From: Hemiscyllium ocellatum
Lineage: Eukaryota
Assembly: GCF_020745735.1 (NCBI RefSeq)
Contig: NC_083409.1
Location: forward strand, 12,771,259-12,835,258
Direction of reading: 5' to 3'
DNA length: 64,000 nt
The stretch's first letter is position 1. Every line of letters begins with the position of its first letter. The notes under the pieces are model-generated. The model was not told the origin of the DNA, did no database searches, and worked only from the letters and a program-made list of their open reading frames with translations. This document shows positions 1-11,966 of the stretch, one piece after another. The position numbers and the translations under genes were made by a program.

Positions 1-1755
1 CCAACATTATCAGTGCAGTCTCAATCAATGGGTGGGAATCAGATAGCTTCCCAGTCAGATCTGGAGTCAGGCAGGGCTGCCCTCTCTCTCCTGCCTTGTT
101 TGTGTGCTGCGTAGAGCCATTTGCCGAGTCCATCAGGAAGGATGCGAGTTTGAGAGGGTGACTATTCCTGGCAGCGGGGGCCTGCAGGTTAATGCCTCCC
201 TGTACATGGATGACGTCGCCGTTTTCTGCTCGGATCCACTCTCCGTGGGCAGACTCATGTGCATATGTGACCAGTTCAAACGGGCCTCGGGGGCCAAGGT
301 AAACCGAGACAAGAGCGAGGCCATGCTCTTCGGGAACTGGGCCGACCAATCCTCGATCCCATTCACCGTCAGGACCGACCACCTGAAGGTGCTGGGTATT
401 TGGTTCGGGGGGGCTGGGGCGTGCGGCAAGTCTTGGGAGGAGCATATCAGCAAAGTGAGGCAGAAACTGGGCAGATGGAAGCTACGGTCGCTCTCCATCG
501 CGCGAAAAAAACCTGGTCATCAGGTGTGAGGCACTGTCATTGCTGTTATACGTGGCACACATGTGGCCTATTCCCAGAACCTGTGCCGCTGCAGTCACCC
601 GGGCCATCTTCCAGTTTATATGGAGATCAAAGATGGACCCGGTCCGAAGGGACTCGCTGTACAAAGATCTGGGCAACGTGGGAAAAAATACACCCAATGC
701 CACCCTCACCCTGATGGCCACCTTTGTGTGTGGCTGCATCAAGCTGTGCGGGGATCCCTGGTACGCAAACACCAAGTGTCACTACGTACTGAGGTTCTAC
801 CTGTTCCCAGTGTTGCGAAGGATGGGCCTGGCCTCGCTGCCGCGGAACGCTCTGAGTAGATGGACCATTCCATATCACCTGTCCTTCGTGGCGAAGTTTA
901 TGAAGAAAAACACCTTTGACCACAAGTCCATCAGGAAGTGGTCAGCACGTAGTGTCCTTGAGACCCTTCAGGGAAAGGAGAGGGCGGATCCTATCGAGCA
1001 GTTCCCTGAGCAGACTGTCAAAACCATTTGGCAGAATGCCTCATTGCCAGAACTTTCCAACAAGCACCAAGACATGGCTTGGCTGGTAGTGAGAAGGGCT
1101 CTGCCTGTGAGATCCTTTATGCACGCCCGGACTCTCTCCCACACTGCACGCTGCCCTCGAAGCGGCTGCGGGGGGACGAGACTGTCAAACACCTCCTTCT
1201 GGAATGTGCCTACGCAGAAGAAGACTGGAAAGGAATGCAGTGGTGTTTGTCGAGGTTCGTCCTGAGCAGCGCCGTGAAGCGGGACTCCATGCTCTACTGC
1301 CTGTTCCCCGGGACGCACACCGAGACGAACATCAACTGCGCCTGGAGAATCATCAACTCGGTGAAGGACTCTCTCTGGTGGTTCGAAACCTGTTGATCTT
1401 CCAGCTGAAGGAGTTGACCCGACTGAGTGTTCCGGACTGGCACATTCCAAGGTCCACGACTACATGTTGAGGGATGCGCTGATGCTTGGGGCAACTGCCG
1501 CCAAGGCACGGTGGGGAAAGACCACCGTGTAACATCTGCCTGCCTAAAGAAGAACAGGGGGGTCCATGCAGTCATTGGGGTCTGCTGACGCCTCAGCTAA
1601 ATATATGGGCATATGATTGAAAAATGTACAGACTTGTATATAAAAATGATAAATTCTGATCTCTGTATGTAAATGTTTACATATGTTTGGCATGACCAAC
1701 TGCACAGACCATCAAATTATTTTATGAATAAAGTATATTTTTGAAATAAAAAAAA
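1..1755 (+). mobile_element. Tx1/L1-clade LINE, 3' part (RT end, Cys/His-rich C-terminus, 3' UTR, A tail); frameshifted
   Basis: ORF 104-529 carries the RT motif LYMDDVAVF. It continues by frameshift into 540-1265 (LPVRSFMH...RCPRSGCGG) and ETVKHLLLECAYA. AATAAA near 1727 and an A run near 1746-1755. Confidence 0.9.
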
Positions 1756-2226
1756 TGGAGAGAATGAGAAAGAGAGAGACCGAGTGGCTCTGAGCAGAGA
1801 TAAATATAGGAAGTCCATTTAACTGTGTTTTTCAAAGGCAGTGTGTTTGCTGCAATTGGTGTTTCTAATGATCCCACCTGAGGTGTTGTCATGTTTGACC
1901 CTGCGAGTGGGGCAGCAAAACATCAATATGGCCTCACTGCTACTGCTCTCCAAGTAGGGGAGCTTTTTTCTTACCCTCATCTTTTTTATTCACACCCATT
2001 GCCCTGGAGTAACAGTCTCAGAATGGGATTGCAATGTGAAAATTTTCACGCGTGCAAAGCTTGCTTTGCCTTTCAGTGGAGTGTGTTGGGAAACTGGAGG
2101 TACATGCAAATGTTGCAGGAATTGTTTTTCCTGGTGGAATTATCAGTTTGACATCATTGTGTTAGCTTTTTTATCCTATGAAGACAATTGTGTACACTAC
2201 AGAGCATGCAAACAGGTCTTATTAGG

Positions 2227-2560
2227 GCAGCACCATGGCTCAATGGCGAGCACTGCTGCCTCACAGTGCCAGGAACCCAGGTTCGATTCTACCTTCAGGT
2301 GACTCTGTGGAGTTTGCACATTCTCCCAATGTCTGCATGGGTTTCCTCCCGCAGTCCACAAATATGCAGGTTAGGTGGATTGGCCATGCTAAATTGCCCA
2401 TAGTGCCTAGCGATATGCAGGATAGGTGAAATAACCTTGGGAAATGCAGAGTTACACTGATAGTGTAGGGGAGTGAGTCTGAGTGGGATGCTGTTCCAAT
2501 GGTCATTACGGACTCAATGGGCTGAATGGCCTGTTTCCACACTGAGGGATTCTATGATTT
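2227..2560 (+). mobile_element. tRNA-derived SINE (HE1-like)
   Basis: A-box/B-box-like head (tggctcaatgg...ggttcgattc), conserved core tgtggagtttgcacattctccc, and CR1-like tail gggctgaatggcctgtttccacactg. Confidence 0.85.
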
Positions 2561-3164
2561 GTTCCAATCAGTTCACATCAGTGTTACTGCTCCTATCACC
2601 TTTGCTCATCTATTACCCTGACCCTCTATTCCGTTCTCCCTCTAATCTTGTCTATCCTCCCCTTAAACACCCGTATCATATTTGATTCAATTGCTCCCTG
2701 TTCAGTCTTCATTGCTGTAATCCAATTCTGCAGAGCTTCCATATCTCCCTGATGGATTTCTTGGTGACTACTTTGTGACCTCAAGGTAGCTCTTCCCTGT
2801 GAAAGGAAACATTCTGTCTGTATCCAGTCTGCTGAACCCTCTCAACATTTAAAGACCTCTATTATGTCCCTGTTTGGCCTTCTTTCAGAGAAAAGAGACA
2901 TAGCCTGACAACCCTTTCCTGAGATGTGAACCCACACATTCCTGAGATGTGAACCCACACATTCCTGTGATCAACCTTGTCAATCTTGTCTGTGTACCCA
3001 CTTCAGCTTCTCCTTTTTCTATTTATAGTATGATGATCAGCCTGCACACAGTATCCAAGTGTGGTTTCAGCAAGGTTTGATTCAGGTTTAGCAGATTTAA
3101 TAAATAATTAGATTGGGTTTTTTTAAACGACTGGTGTTTTTTTCTGATCTAATTAATTTAAATA

Positions 3165-3715
3165 AATGTGAGGTACTGCATTTTGGTAAGGCAAATCAGG
3201 GCAGGACTTAATGGGAAGGTCCTGGGCAGTGTTGCTGAACAAGGAAACCTTGGGGTGCAGGTTCCTAGTTCCTTGAAGACGGAGTTTCAGTCAGACAGGG
3301 TCGTGAAGAAACCGTTTGGTGTGCTTGCCTTTATTGGTCAGTGCATTGAGTATAAGAGTTGGGATGTCATGTTATGGTTGTACAGGACATTAGTGAGGCC
3401 ACTTTTGGAATAATGCATTCAGTGCTGGTGTGTTGTCAAACTTGAAAGGATTCAGAAAAGGTTTACAAGGATGTTGCGAGGGTTGAAGGTTTCAGCTATA
3501 GGGAGAGGCTGAAGGGTAACCTTAAAAGTTTACAAAATCATGCGGGGCATGGATAGGGTGAATAGCCGTGATCTTTTTCCCAGGATAGCGGAGTCGAAAC
3601 TAGGGAGCATAAGTAAGAAAGGAAAAATTTAAAAGTTACTTAAGGGGCAACGTTTTCACACAAGTATGGAATGAGCTGCCAGAGTTGGTGGTGAAGGCAG
3701 CAATAATTACAACAT
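3165..3715 (+). mobile_element. CR1 LINE 3' fragment
   Basis: Translation EQGNLGVQVPSSLK...LYRTLVRPLLE is the typical CR1 ORF2 C-terminus; stops present. Confidence 0.85.
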
Positions 3716-5119
3716 TAAACAAACATCAGATGGGTTTGTAATCTGTGGTTGGACTGTTCGGAAGGCAGTGCTTGAGATTCTCCCACTATCTAAGTCAGAA
3801 AGAGAAATGGAGCTGGGGTTGGTTTTGATGAGCTCTGTTGCCATTTGAAGTTCATGAATCCGAGCAGAAGGGGTTGTGTTGAGGTAGAGGTGTAGGGAAG
3901 TTGGCTCCAAATGTTTTGATGAATTATTTGTAATTTCTCCTCAATAATGTGAGGTTTTCTTGAGTATCTAAAGATAAAGCAATTTTGGGATGATACTCAG
4001 CTGTTTTGTTTTTCTTATATAGCTCCTTTTTCTTTTGTAAACATCGCTGTCCTGTCATTACTTCTTCTCTGTCTTTACGTCTCACCACTGGGCTTCTCTC
4101 AGTGTCTGTTTCCCCAACATGCATCCCAAATTCCAGCTGTCCATCTACAACCAGCTGGTCAGGTACTGTGCAACCTCTGCTTCTCACTGATCGAGCATGC
4201 TCTGCTTCATCACATGCATGTGGATGATGTGGGGGGTCGGTGGAGGGTCAAGGGAAAGGAATTGTGTCGAGAAACATCCATTCCTTTGGCTTAGTTGTGG
4301 CTTTACATAGATGCAGCAAGCTGCTAATTGGCAATATACTGCAGACCTTATAATTAATCTGGAACGTGCTTTTAAAGGGGTATTACTGGGAAAGCAAGAA
4401 GTTGAAGTTACACAAATAATCTTGAGCTGCTCGTGCTAACAGGATACAATAAAGATTGACCTGTTTTACGTTGAGTTGGACTTTTGCAAATAGTCTGGCA
4501 GAGTTAGCAGCCCACTAATCTTGATAAATGTAGCTTTAAGAAATCTGAAATTTGAGTTGCAAGGTTGAATTTTCAGATGGCACTGCCTCTTTAAGAGGGC
4601 AAATGTGTCTTTGGTGAACAGTGAGGTATTCTTATGGATGTGAAAACTTAATTGGTATGTAACCGTCAGAGTAGACATGAGTATCTCCAACTACATGCAG
4701 CTACTTTTGTTAAAATGCCTGTCAGTTTAATAGTGCTGTCAGATCTCAAATCTTTGTTTAAAATTGAAAGTACCAATAAGAAATAATATTCAGGGCTCAG
4801 TGCTGCATTTAGTAGCAACTGGACAAACTCAGGAGCATTTTGGATGATTTTAGCTGTGGCAGGAATTCTGTATTGATTTCTAATTTGAATTTAATCTTGC
4901 TTCAGAGCTATTTGATTTCCCCTTTTTTATTTTTTATACTGCATTCAAAATTAAATTTGTTACTTTAATACTTTTCTGCAGCTCCTTCGTAGACTCCCAC
5001 AGAAAAGACAATCACATCTCCCTCTTTTTGCTTTGTTGACTGTTGGTATTTCTACCGTACAGGATCTGTTATGGGGTTAATCTACCATCTTCTTCCTGTT
5101 CAGTTTTCAAGAGAAAAGC

Positions 5120-5640
5120 GCTTGGCATTGATGGCAGGGTTACTTAGCTGAGATTTTAACTGGATCACCCACATAAATACTCTGGCTGCAAGAGCAGCCC
5201 AGCAGCTAGGTGTTCTGCAAAGAATAACTGACCAAAGCCTGAGAGGCACTTTCTGGGAGTGTGATGGAATACTCTCCATGTGCTTGCATGAGTACTGCTC
5301 CAACAGCAAGGAAAATGCTTGACATTGTCCTGAGCAAAGCAGCCCACTTGGTTGACATCCCACCCATTGATTTCCTCCTCAATGGCACACATTTGCAGCA
5401 GTGTGTACCAGATATGAGATGCACTACAGCAACTAACCAAGGCTTTGACAGCACCTTCCAAACCCATGATCTGTGCCATCTAAAGACAATGGTAGCTACT
5501 GCTCCCTTACTAATGCTACCACCTCCCAATTCCCTTCCAAGGTGCATAACATTTTGAATTGGAATTATATCACTAAACCTGGAACACATCCTGACAGCAC
5601 TGTGGGTGTATCTTCAAGAGGGCAGCATACCACCACTTAT
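5120..5640 (+). mobile_element. CR1/L2-group LINE 3' fragment
   Basis: MEYSPCACMSTAPTARKMLDIVLSKAAHLV resembles the ORF2 C-terminus. Related copies lie on the minus strand at about 18290-18750 and 35290-35800. Confidence 0.7.
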
Positions 5641-6289
5641 GGGCAATTGGGAATGAGCAACAAATGCTGGTTTCATTGGCACCACTCTTATTCCTTGAAA
5701 CCATTTTCAATGAAAGCAAGTAACACAAATATACCCCGTGGTTACAGTGCAGCTGTGTACACAATCTGCAGACACTGTGCTATAAACTTTACCTGTTCTA
5801 AATTAGTATTTTCATTAGAACACTGCATCTAACTGAATATTTATTCATTAATTAATCATAAGAGAGGAAAGGTTTAGTCATTTTGCAGCAATGCAATAGT
5901 ATTTTGTGATAATCCAGTTTAATTGAAGATCTCTTTGTCTTATACAATGTGATGTGAACGTTTAGATTACATGGAGGCTGTACTACATTTCTGAATGAAA
6001 TTCACTCAATTAGTGAAATCATTGAAAAAATTGCAGAATTTGAAGTGTGAATTATATTTGCTGTGTGAATGTTGTAATATTGGAAAGCTAATAGAAACTA
6101 GTATGTTCTCCCAGGGTGAATTAAATACCACTGGAACTTTGGAGCAATTATGCTTGTGTAAACCTTTATAGAGGCTGTAAAAAAAAAAGCTTTTTCTTTT
6201 GTGATCCAGATCAGCAATTAACATGTTTTAGAAGTATTTGTGTATTTTTCCTCTTAGTCACATGAAAAGCCTGCTCTGTCATTCAGTAT

Positions 6290-7190
6290 GACCATGACTG
6301 GTCATCCAACTCCATATCCTGGTCCCACTTTCTCCCCATGCCATTTGATCTCTTTAGCCATGAGGAATTATATCTAACCCTTGAAAACATTCAATGTTTT
6401 GTCCTGAAATACATTTTGTGGCAGAGAATTTTGTTGGTTCAACACTATCTGGATGAAGAAATTTCTCCCTATCTCAGTTCTGAACAGCCTAACCTATATC
6501 CTTTAGACTATGACCACTGGTTCTGGCCTACCCCACCATGAAGGCTAACATACCATTTGCCTACACTGCCTGCTGCACCTGCATGCTTACTCTCAGTGAC
6601 TGGTGTACAAAGACACCCTTTGTTGGAACTCTCCCTTCCCTAATCTATTCAGATAATCTTGCTGTCTGTTTTTGCAACCAAAAATTTCACATTTATCGAA
6701 ATTATCTTTCATCTGCCATGGATTTTCCCAATCACTCAACTTATGTAAATCACACTTGAAGCATCTCTGCATCCTCCTCACAGTTTACCCTTCCACCCAG
6801 CTTTGTATTGCCCACAAACTTAGAAATAGTAATAGTTACCTCATCTAAATTAGTTCTATATATAGTAAATAACTGGGTTTGAACCACTGATCCCTGTAGT
6901 ACCTCACTGGTCACTGGCTGCCACTCAGAAAATGGCCTGTTTATTCCAGCTCTTTGTTTCCTGTCTGCCAACTAGCTCTCTGTCCATGCAAATACACTCC
7001 CCCCGATCTCTCACATTATATGCTAATTTCTTATGTGGGACCTGATCAAAAGCATTCTGAAGTCAAAATAAGTCCCACTGGTTGCCCCTTATCAATTCTA
7101 CTAGGTAGATCCTCAAAATTTCAGTAGATTGCTAAGTATGATTCCCCTCTTTTAAATCCATGCCAACTCTGTCCAATCCTGTCACTGTTC
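6290..7190 (-). mobile_element. CR1 LINE fragment
   Basis: Minus-strand RT segment [26 protein letters not shown]...ISKFVGNTKLGG. Confidence 0.8.
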
Positions 7191-8439
7191 AGTAAGAAAC
7201 TTGACTGTACGCTAATCTAGCTTATAAATGTATCTGCTCCCAGAATTTGGAAAGCGGACGCACTGCCCTCCAAATAAAAATCTGCTGTTGCAGGCTTCAC
7301 TCTTATCGCATACATTTATTGTCCACTTCTTTAATGTGATCATTGATTTTACAAACAATTTCCAAAATTCTTTAAATCCTGAAGGAATGTGATGCTAGCC
7401 CTTTGTAGAAGTGAATGGAAAGTGTGATGCTTGTTGACCTTTGTCTCTATGGATCAGACCGAACCGAACCTTGACCAAGATGTGGGATGTGTCTCACAAA
7501 CATTTTTTGAAAAGCAAATATTATTCTCTGAGATTTAAGTATTCAATTAGGTATGATCAAAAAACCTGGCAAAAATTGAGAGTTTGTTTTCAGCTCCTTT
7601 AAAGAGACATGCTCTAGGCTGACAATTTTCTGTCATGTGATCATTCTTTGATAAAGATGGCTGTGTCCAACACTCCAGGATGTTGTGCTGAAGTGTCTAA
7701 TTGGGTGGGTGAGCTTTATTACTGGTGTAACTTGGCTCATTTTGAGATGGAATGCTACTTTGAGATAAATCTTGTTTTTAAACTGAGGTGTCAATGTGTC
7801 ACTCAAGTGTGGAAACTACGCTCAAGTTTACGCTTTTGTTTCACCTTCGCAGATTAGTATTTTTCTGATCTGTTTTATAAATTTCAATATAGAAAATGTA
7901 GTGCCGGCGAAACTCAGGTCCAGCAGCATCTCTGAAGCGAAAAAAAACGTTGAGTCTCAAGTCCAGAGACCTTTTGTCCGTTCAGATGAAGAGTCAGTGA
8001 ACATAAAACATAACTTCTGTTTCTCTTCACAGATGCTGTCAGACCTGCTGAGTTTCTCCAGCACTTTGGTTCAGATGTCCAGCATCTGCAGCTCTTTGTT
8101 TTATTACAGACCCTAGTAATTTGACTTGGGGAGCGAGAGACAGCAACTGTGGTAAACTAGGATAAAAATCCCCCACCTTGGCAAAAAAAAACGCATAATT
8201 CCTTATGTTTTGCAAAACACTGTAAAAAGTAAATAGAAAATGCTATTGAGCTAAATGTAAGAAGGCGTATCATCTGACTTGTCTCATACCTCTGACTAAG
8301 CTTTGAGGACCCGGCTATCAGAATTGTATTTGCTTGCTTCCTTTAAGATTACAGTCCACAAATGTCCCAGTTCCAGTCCCTGGGCTGGGCCAGGTTACCA
8401 ATTGCAGTGGGGTGGGGAGCTCTGTGTCAAACTGAAGTT

Positions 8440-8645
8440 TTGATTTGGAGATGCTGGTGTTGGACTGGGGTGTACAAAGTTAAAAATCACACAACACCAA
8501 ATTATAGTCCAACAGGTTTAATTGGAAGCACACTAGCTTTCGGAGTGACGCTCCTTCAAACACCTGATGAAGGAGCGTCGCTCCGAAAGCTAGTGTGCTT
8601 CCAATTAAACCTGTTGGACTGTAACCTGGTGTTGTGTGATTTAAA
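8440..8645. mobile_element. Penelope-derived inverted-repeat (hairpin) element with a minimal hammerhead motif
   Basis: Arms of about 80 bp (aaatcacacaacacc...gctccttca and tgaaggagc...ggtgttgtgtgattt) around a short loop. A related element lies at 49418-49630. Confidence 0.75.
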
Positions 8646-8999
8646 ACTGAAGTTTGTTTTTAAGAGCAGCATTGCAGATTGAAGTTGATGGTTTTAACTA
8701 ATATTGCATCAGCAAACTTGAAGGAAACCATTTTGAATGTGTTGATTAACTGCACTGAGTCTATTTACATGCAGTAGTGCTACAATGTTCTCGGATGTGT
8801 GAAGGGGCCAAGGAGACATTGCCCCTTGGCCAAGGAGAATTTTGTTTGTGTTGTGCAACTATAACCCAAACAGTGTTGACTTTCAAAAGTAAGAATTATA
8901 CATTTTGAGCTGCAGGTTAATGTCCAATTTTAGAAATGAATATCAGCGTTAGCTGACACCTCCTTTCTCTCTCCCCTGCCCTGCTTGCATGTCCATCAG

Positions 9000-9196
9000 G
9001 TTCCTCACTAAACGGGAGCAGAAACTGATGCATCGGTGACGGCGTGCGGAGGAGCTGCTGGAGTGGAAGCGGCGGCTCGATGCTGAGGAAGCTGTGATCC
9101 AGCAAATGGAAAAACAGGCTCTGGCTGCTTGGGATAAGGAGCTCAAACCAAACATGGTAAAGAGAGAGGCAAGCAAGAAGATTCCTGAATTGAAAG
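9000..9196 (+). pseudogene. CEP350: CEP350 pseudo-exon A
   Basis: cag| FLTKREQKLMHR*RRAEELLEWKRRLDAEEAVIQQMEKQALAAWDKEL |gtaatt closely matches vertebrate CEP350 as recalled (FLTKREQKLMQRRQHAEELLEWKRRLDAEEAEIRQMEKQALAAWDKEL). In-frame TGA at 9037-9039. Confidence 0.93.
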
Positions 9197-9214
9197 GTAA
9201 TTAAAATCTGATTG

Positions 9215-9795
9215 AAGATTTGTAGCTCGGGTATCAGTTGTTGTGGTTCTGTTCGCCGAGCTGGAAGTTTTTGCTGCAAACGTTTCGTTCCCTGGCTAGG
9301 GAACATCATCAGTGCCGTTGGAGCCTCGTGTGAAGCGCTGCTTTGATGTTTCTTCCGGTATTTATATTGGTTTGTTCTTGCCGCTTCCGGGTGTCAGTTT
9401 CAGCTGCAGTGATTTGTATGTGGGGTCCAGGTTGATGTGTCTGTTGATGGATGTTCTTGCCGTTTCCGGGTGTCAGTTTCAGCTGTAGTGGTTTGTATAT
9501 GGTGTCCAGGTCAATGTGTCTGTTGATGGAGTTTGGGGATGAATGCCATGTTTCTAGGCATTCTCTGGCTGTTCTCTGTCTGGCTTGTCCTATGATAGTG
9601 GTGTTTTCCCAGTCAAATTCATGTTGCTGGTTGTCTGAGTGTATGGCTACTAGAGATAGCTGGTCGTGTCGTTTTGTGGCTAGCTGATGTTCATGGATGC
9701 AGATTGTTAGCTGTCTTCCTGTTTGTCCTATATAGTGTTTTGTGCAGTCCTTGCATGGTATTTTGTAAACTACGTTAGTTTGGCTCATGCTGGGT
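9215..9795 (-). mobile_element. Penelope-like element, GIY-YIG endonuclease end, 5'-truncated
   Basis: NVVYKIPCKDCTKHYIGQTGRQL...HEHQL...FDWENTTII. Contains an internal tandem duplication of about 78 bp (9379-9530). Confidence 0.9.
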
Positions 9796-9799
9796 ATTG

Positions 9800-9879
9800 G
9801 TCCACTGCTCAGACTCTGGGATCACCATCAGCAGCCCTTCGGATGACCACCAGTCCTGACCATCCTATTTTCACAGATG
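9800..9879 (+). pseudogene. CEP350: CEP350 pseudo-exon B remnant (5' part lost)
   Basis: LGSPSAALRMTTSPDHPIFTD resembles recalled CEP350 ELGSP...GSPDHSILTE and sits in the expected order. Confidence 0.5.
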
Positions 9880-11514
9880 GTGTTTATTCCCAGGGTTTTG
9901 TCGCAGCACACAGTAAAATGGTAAAAGATGTTTTGCATTTTTTTTGCTACAAAAACTGTTTCTAATGAGTAAAGAATGTCATATAAGGCTGCAGAGAATA
10001 GCAAATCCTTGGATTCGTTCAAAATCAATCCCAGGGAAACCGGAAGTGGAGAGAATGGGAAACAGTGTGGGGAGGGGGGTTGGAGATCTGAGGGAATGGA
10101 AAATATAAGTGTGGGGGAATGGGAATTCTGAGTGGGGTTGGGAAACATGGGAGTGGGATGAAATGGAAATTCTGAGAGGGATTTTGAAACGGGAGTGGCA
10201 GAGAATGGGAATTCTGAGGGGGAATGAGAAATGTAATGTGGGAAAGAATAGGAATTTTGTGAAGGCATGGGATATATGTGTGGGCTCGGTGGATTAACAA
10301 TGGGAAATCCAGGTGGGGGAGGGGGCTCTGGGTGGGCTGGTCCTCGGGGGTTGATGTGGACTTAAAAGGCCAAATGGCCTGCTTCAGTACTTTATGGAAT
10401 CTTTGATTATCTGTCTCTGTCCCACCTCCGTTCTTCCACTGCAGAAACCTCATCAATGTCTGTCTTACTTCCAGACTTGACGAATGTATTATACTACTTG
10501 TTCTATTCCAGAAAGCCGATTGGTGAAGGATAATACTAGAACCAGTCTTTGCACCATTTAAATTAATTTAATTATTCCCTTAATGAAATCTTTGAGAATT
10601 TCAATTTTAATTGCTCCATTAATGGAAAAGCCAGTGACCTCTTTAATCCCCTCCCTGAACTGTACTTCTGTCTATGTCACTTCCCTCCTACAAGACACTC
10701 GAACTGTATGACAGATTTCACATCTGCCCTTGGATCTCTGTGAGGCTCAGTATCATGTTTTATTCTATTTCTGTGAAGCTACTTGATTTGTTTTATCAAA
10801 TGAAAGATTTGTTATCAATGCAAGTTTTTAAAGATAAAACAGGAAGAAAACAGGTAACTATGAAATAAAGCATCAGAGCAGATTTCAAAAGTGATGACTG
10901 TGCTTAAAAAAGCCTCAACTTTCAGATGTGGAGGTATGATGGGTGGGTACATGCACTTTTTAAAGAAAAACATTTGACAACGTGTCATACATGAGATTAA
11001 TTGGCAAGGAATTAAGGCAGGGATAGCAAACGGGATTTGAACAGATAGAAGAGTGGAAATATAGAAAAGGACTTGGGGAAGTTCAAGAGTGGTTCACGAA
11101 AGTCGTGGTTTCTGGGTTTGCTTCTGGGGGCACTTTTATTTTTGGTGTTCATTTAATAATTTGATTATGTGCAAGAGCGTGTGGTGTTGAAAATCAGAAT
11201 ATTGTAAAATAAGAAGATTGATGAGTGTTTTGGAAAAGTTAAGGAAGCTGTGAGGAGATTTGAGAAGAAGCAGGAATGGTTTAAAGATGACCGGTAGAAT
11301 TGTGTTGGTGGGTGTGTGTGTGTCAGGGCATTTTTAAATTGTAATTTGAGTGGGAGCAGGCCTGGTGCTGTGAAGGATGGGGATTTGTAAAAGCAGGGTC
11401 ATAGGGCAATAAAGGCTTTACCTCAAAAGCTGTGCTTTTAATTATGGAGCAAATAGAATTCTAGAACTCAGGAAGAGAGATTGTTCAACCTTCCCATAAT
11501 TCTAGCTGCCCTAG

Positions 11515-11710
11515 TGGTGGTGTCACTAATCCACCTAACCGCATATCTTTGGACTGTGGGAGGAAACTGGAGCTAGGGGAAATCTCGAGGAAACCCATGC
11601 AGACACAGGGAAACTCCACACACACAATTGCTCAAGAGAGGAATGTGAACCCAGATACATAGTGCTCAGAGGTAGCAGTGCAAACCACTGAGCCACTGTG
11701 ACACCCAGAG
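11515..11710 (-). mobile_element. HE1-like SINE fragment
   Basis: Reverse complement gives gtggctcagtggtttgcactgct...tgtgtggagtttccctgtgtctgcatgggtttcctc. Confidence 0.8.
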
Positions 11711-11819
11711 GGAGGCTGACAATCAATCTCCTGGCTTATCCCACCACCTTCCTTTTTCATAAACTTGGAAAATAATGTCGGACTGGAACTAATGTTTGCT
11801 TTCTTCTCTGGTTTTTCGG

Positions 11820-11966
11820 TCTCCTTCCTCAAAAGTGACTGAGGTACATCGAAGCAAGATGGCCAGAAAATCAGCTCCAGCATCCGTGTGCATGACAGAC
11901 CTATTCTAAAATCCCACCAAGCGTCTGGCAGCTGGTCTGATGAAACTGTTTCTGAGACACAGTCAG
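11820..11966 (+). pseudogene. CEP350: CEP350 pseudo-exon C
   Basis: SFLKSD*GTSKQDGQK...PILKSHQASGSWSDETVSETQS|gtagga versus recalled LPIKSHQHCYSWSDESLSMTQS. The acceptor appears mutated (ttttcgg); stop at 11840-11842. Confidence 0.75.

Noticed and set aside
2227-2300. tRNA genes (also at 48092 and 57813)
   Set aside because: The tRNA-like heads run into SINE core and LINE-like tail sequence; no complete cloverleaf.
2916-2967. Perfect 23-bp tandem duplication
   Set aside because: Only two copies, inside a LINE remnant; simple slippage, not an array.
10020-10330. ORFs and a possible G-quadruplex element in the gggaat-rich stretch
   Set aside because: A low-complexity expansion attached to a SINE tail; the ORFs are compositional artefacts.
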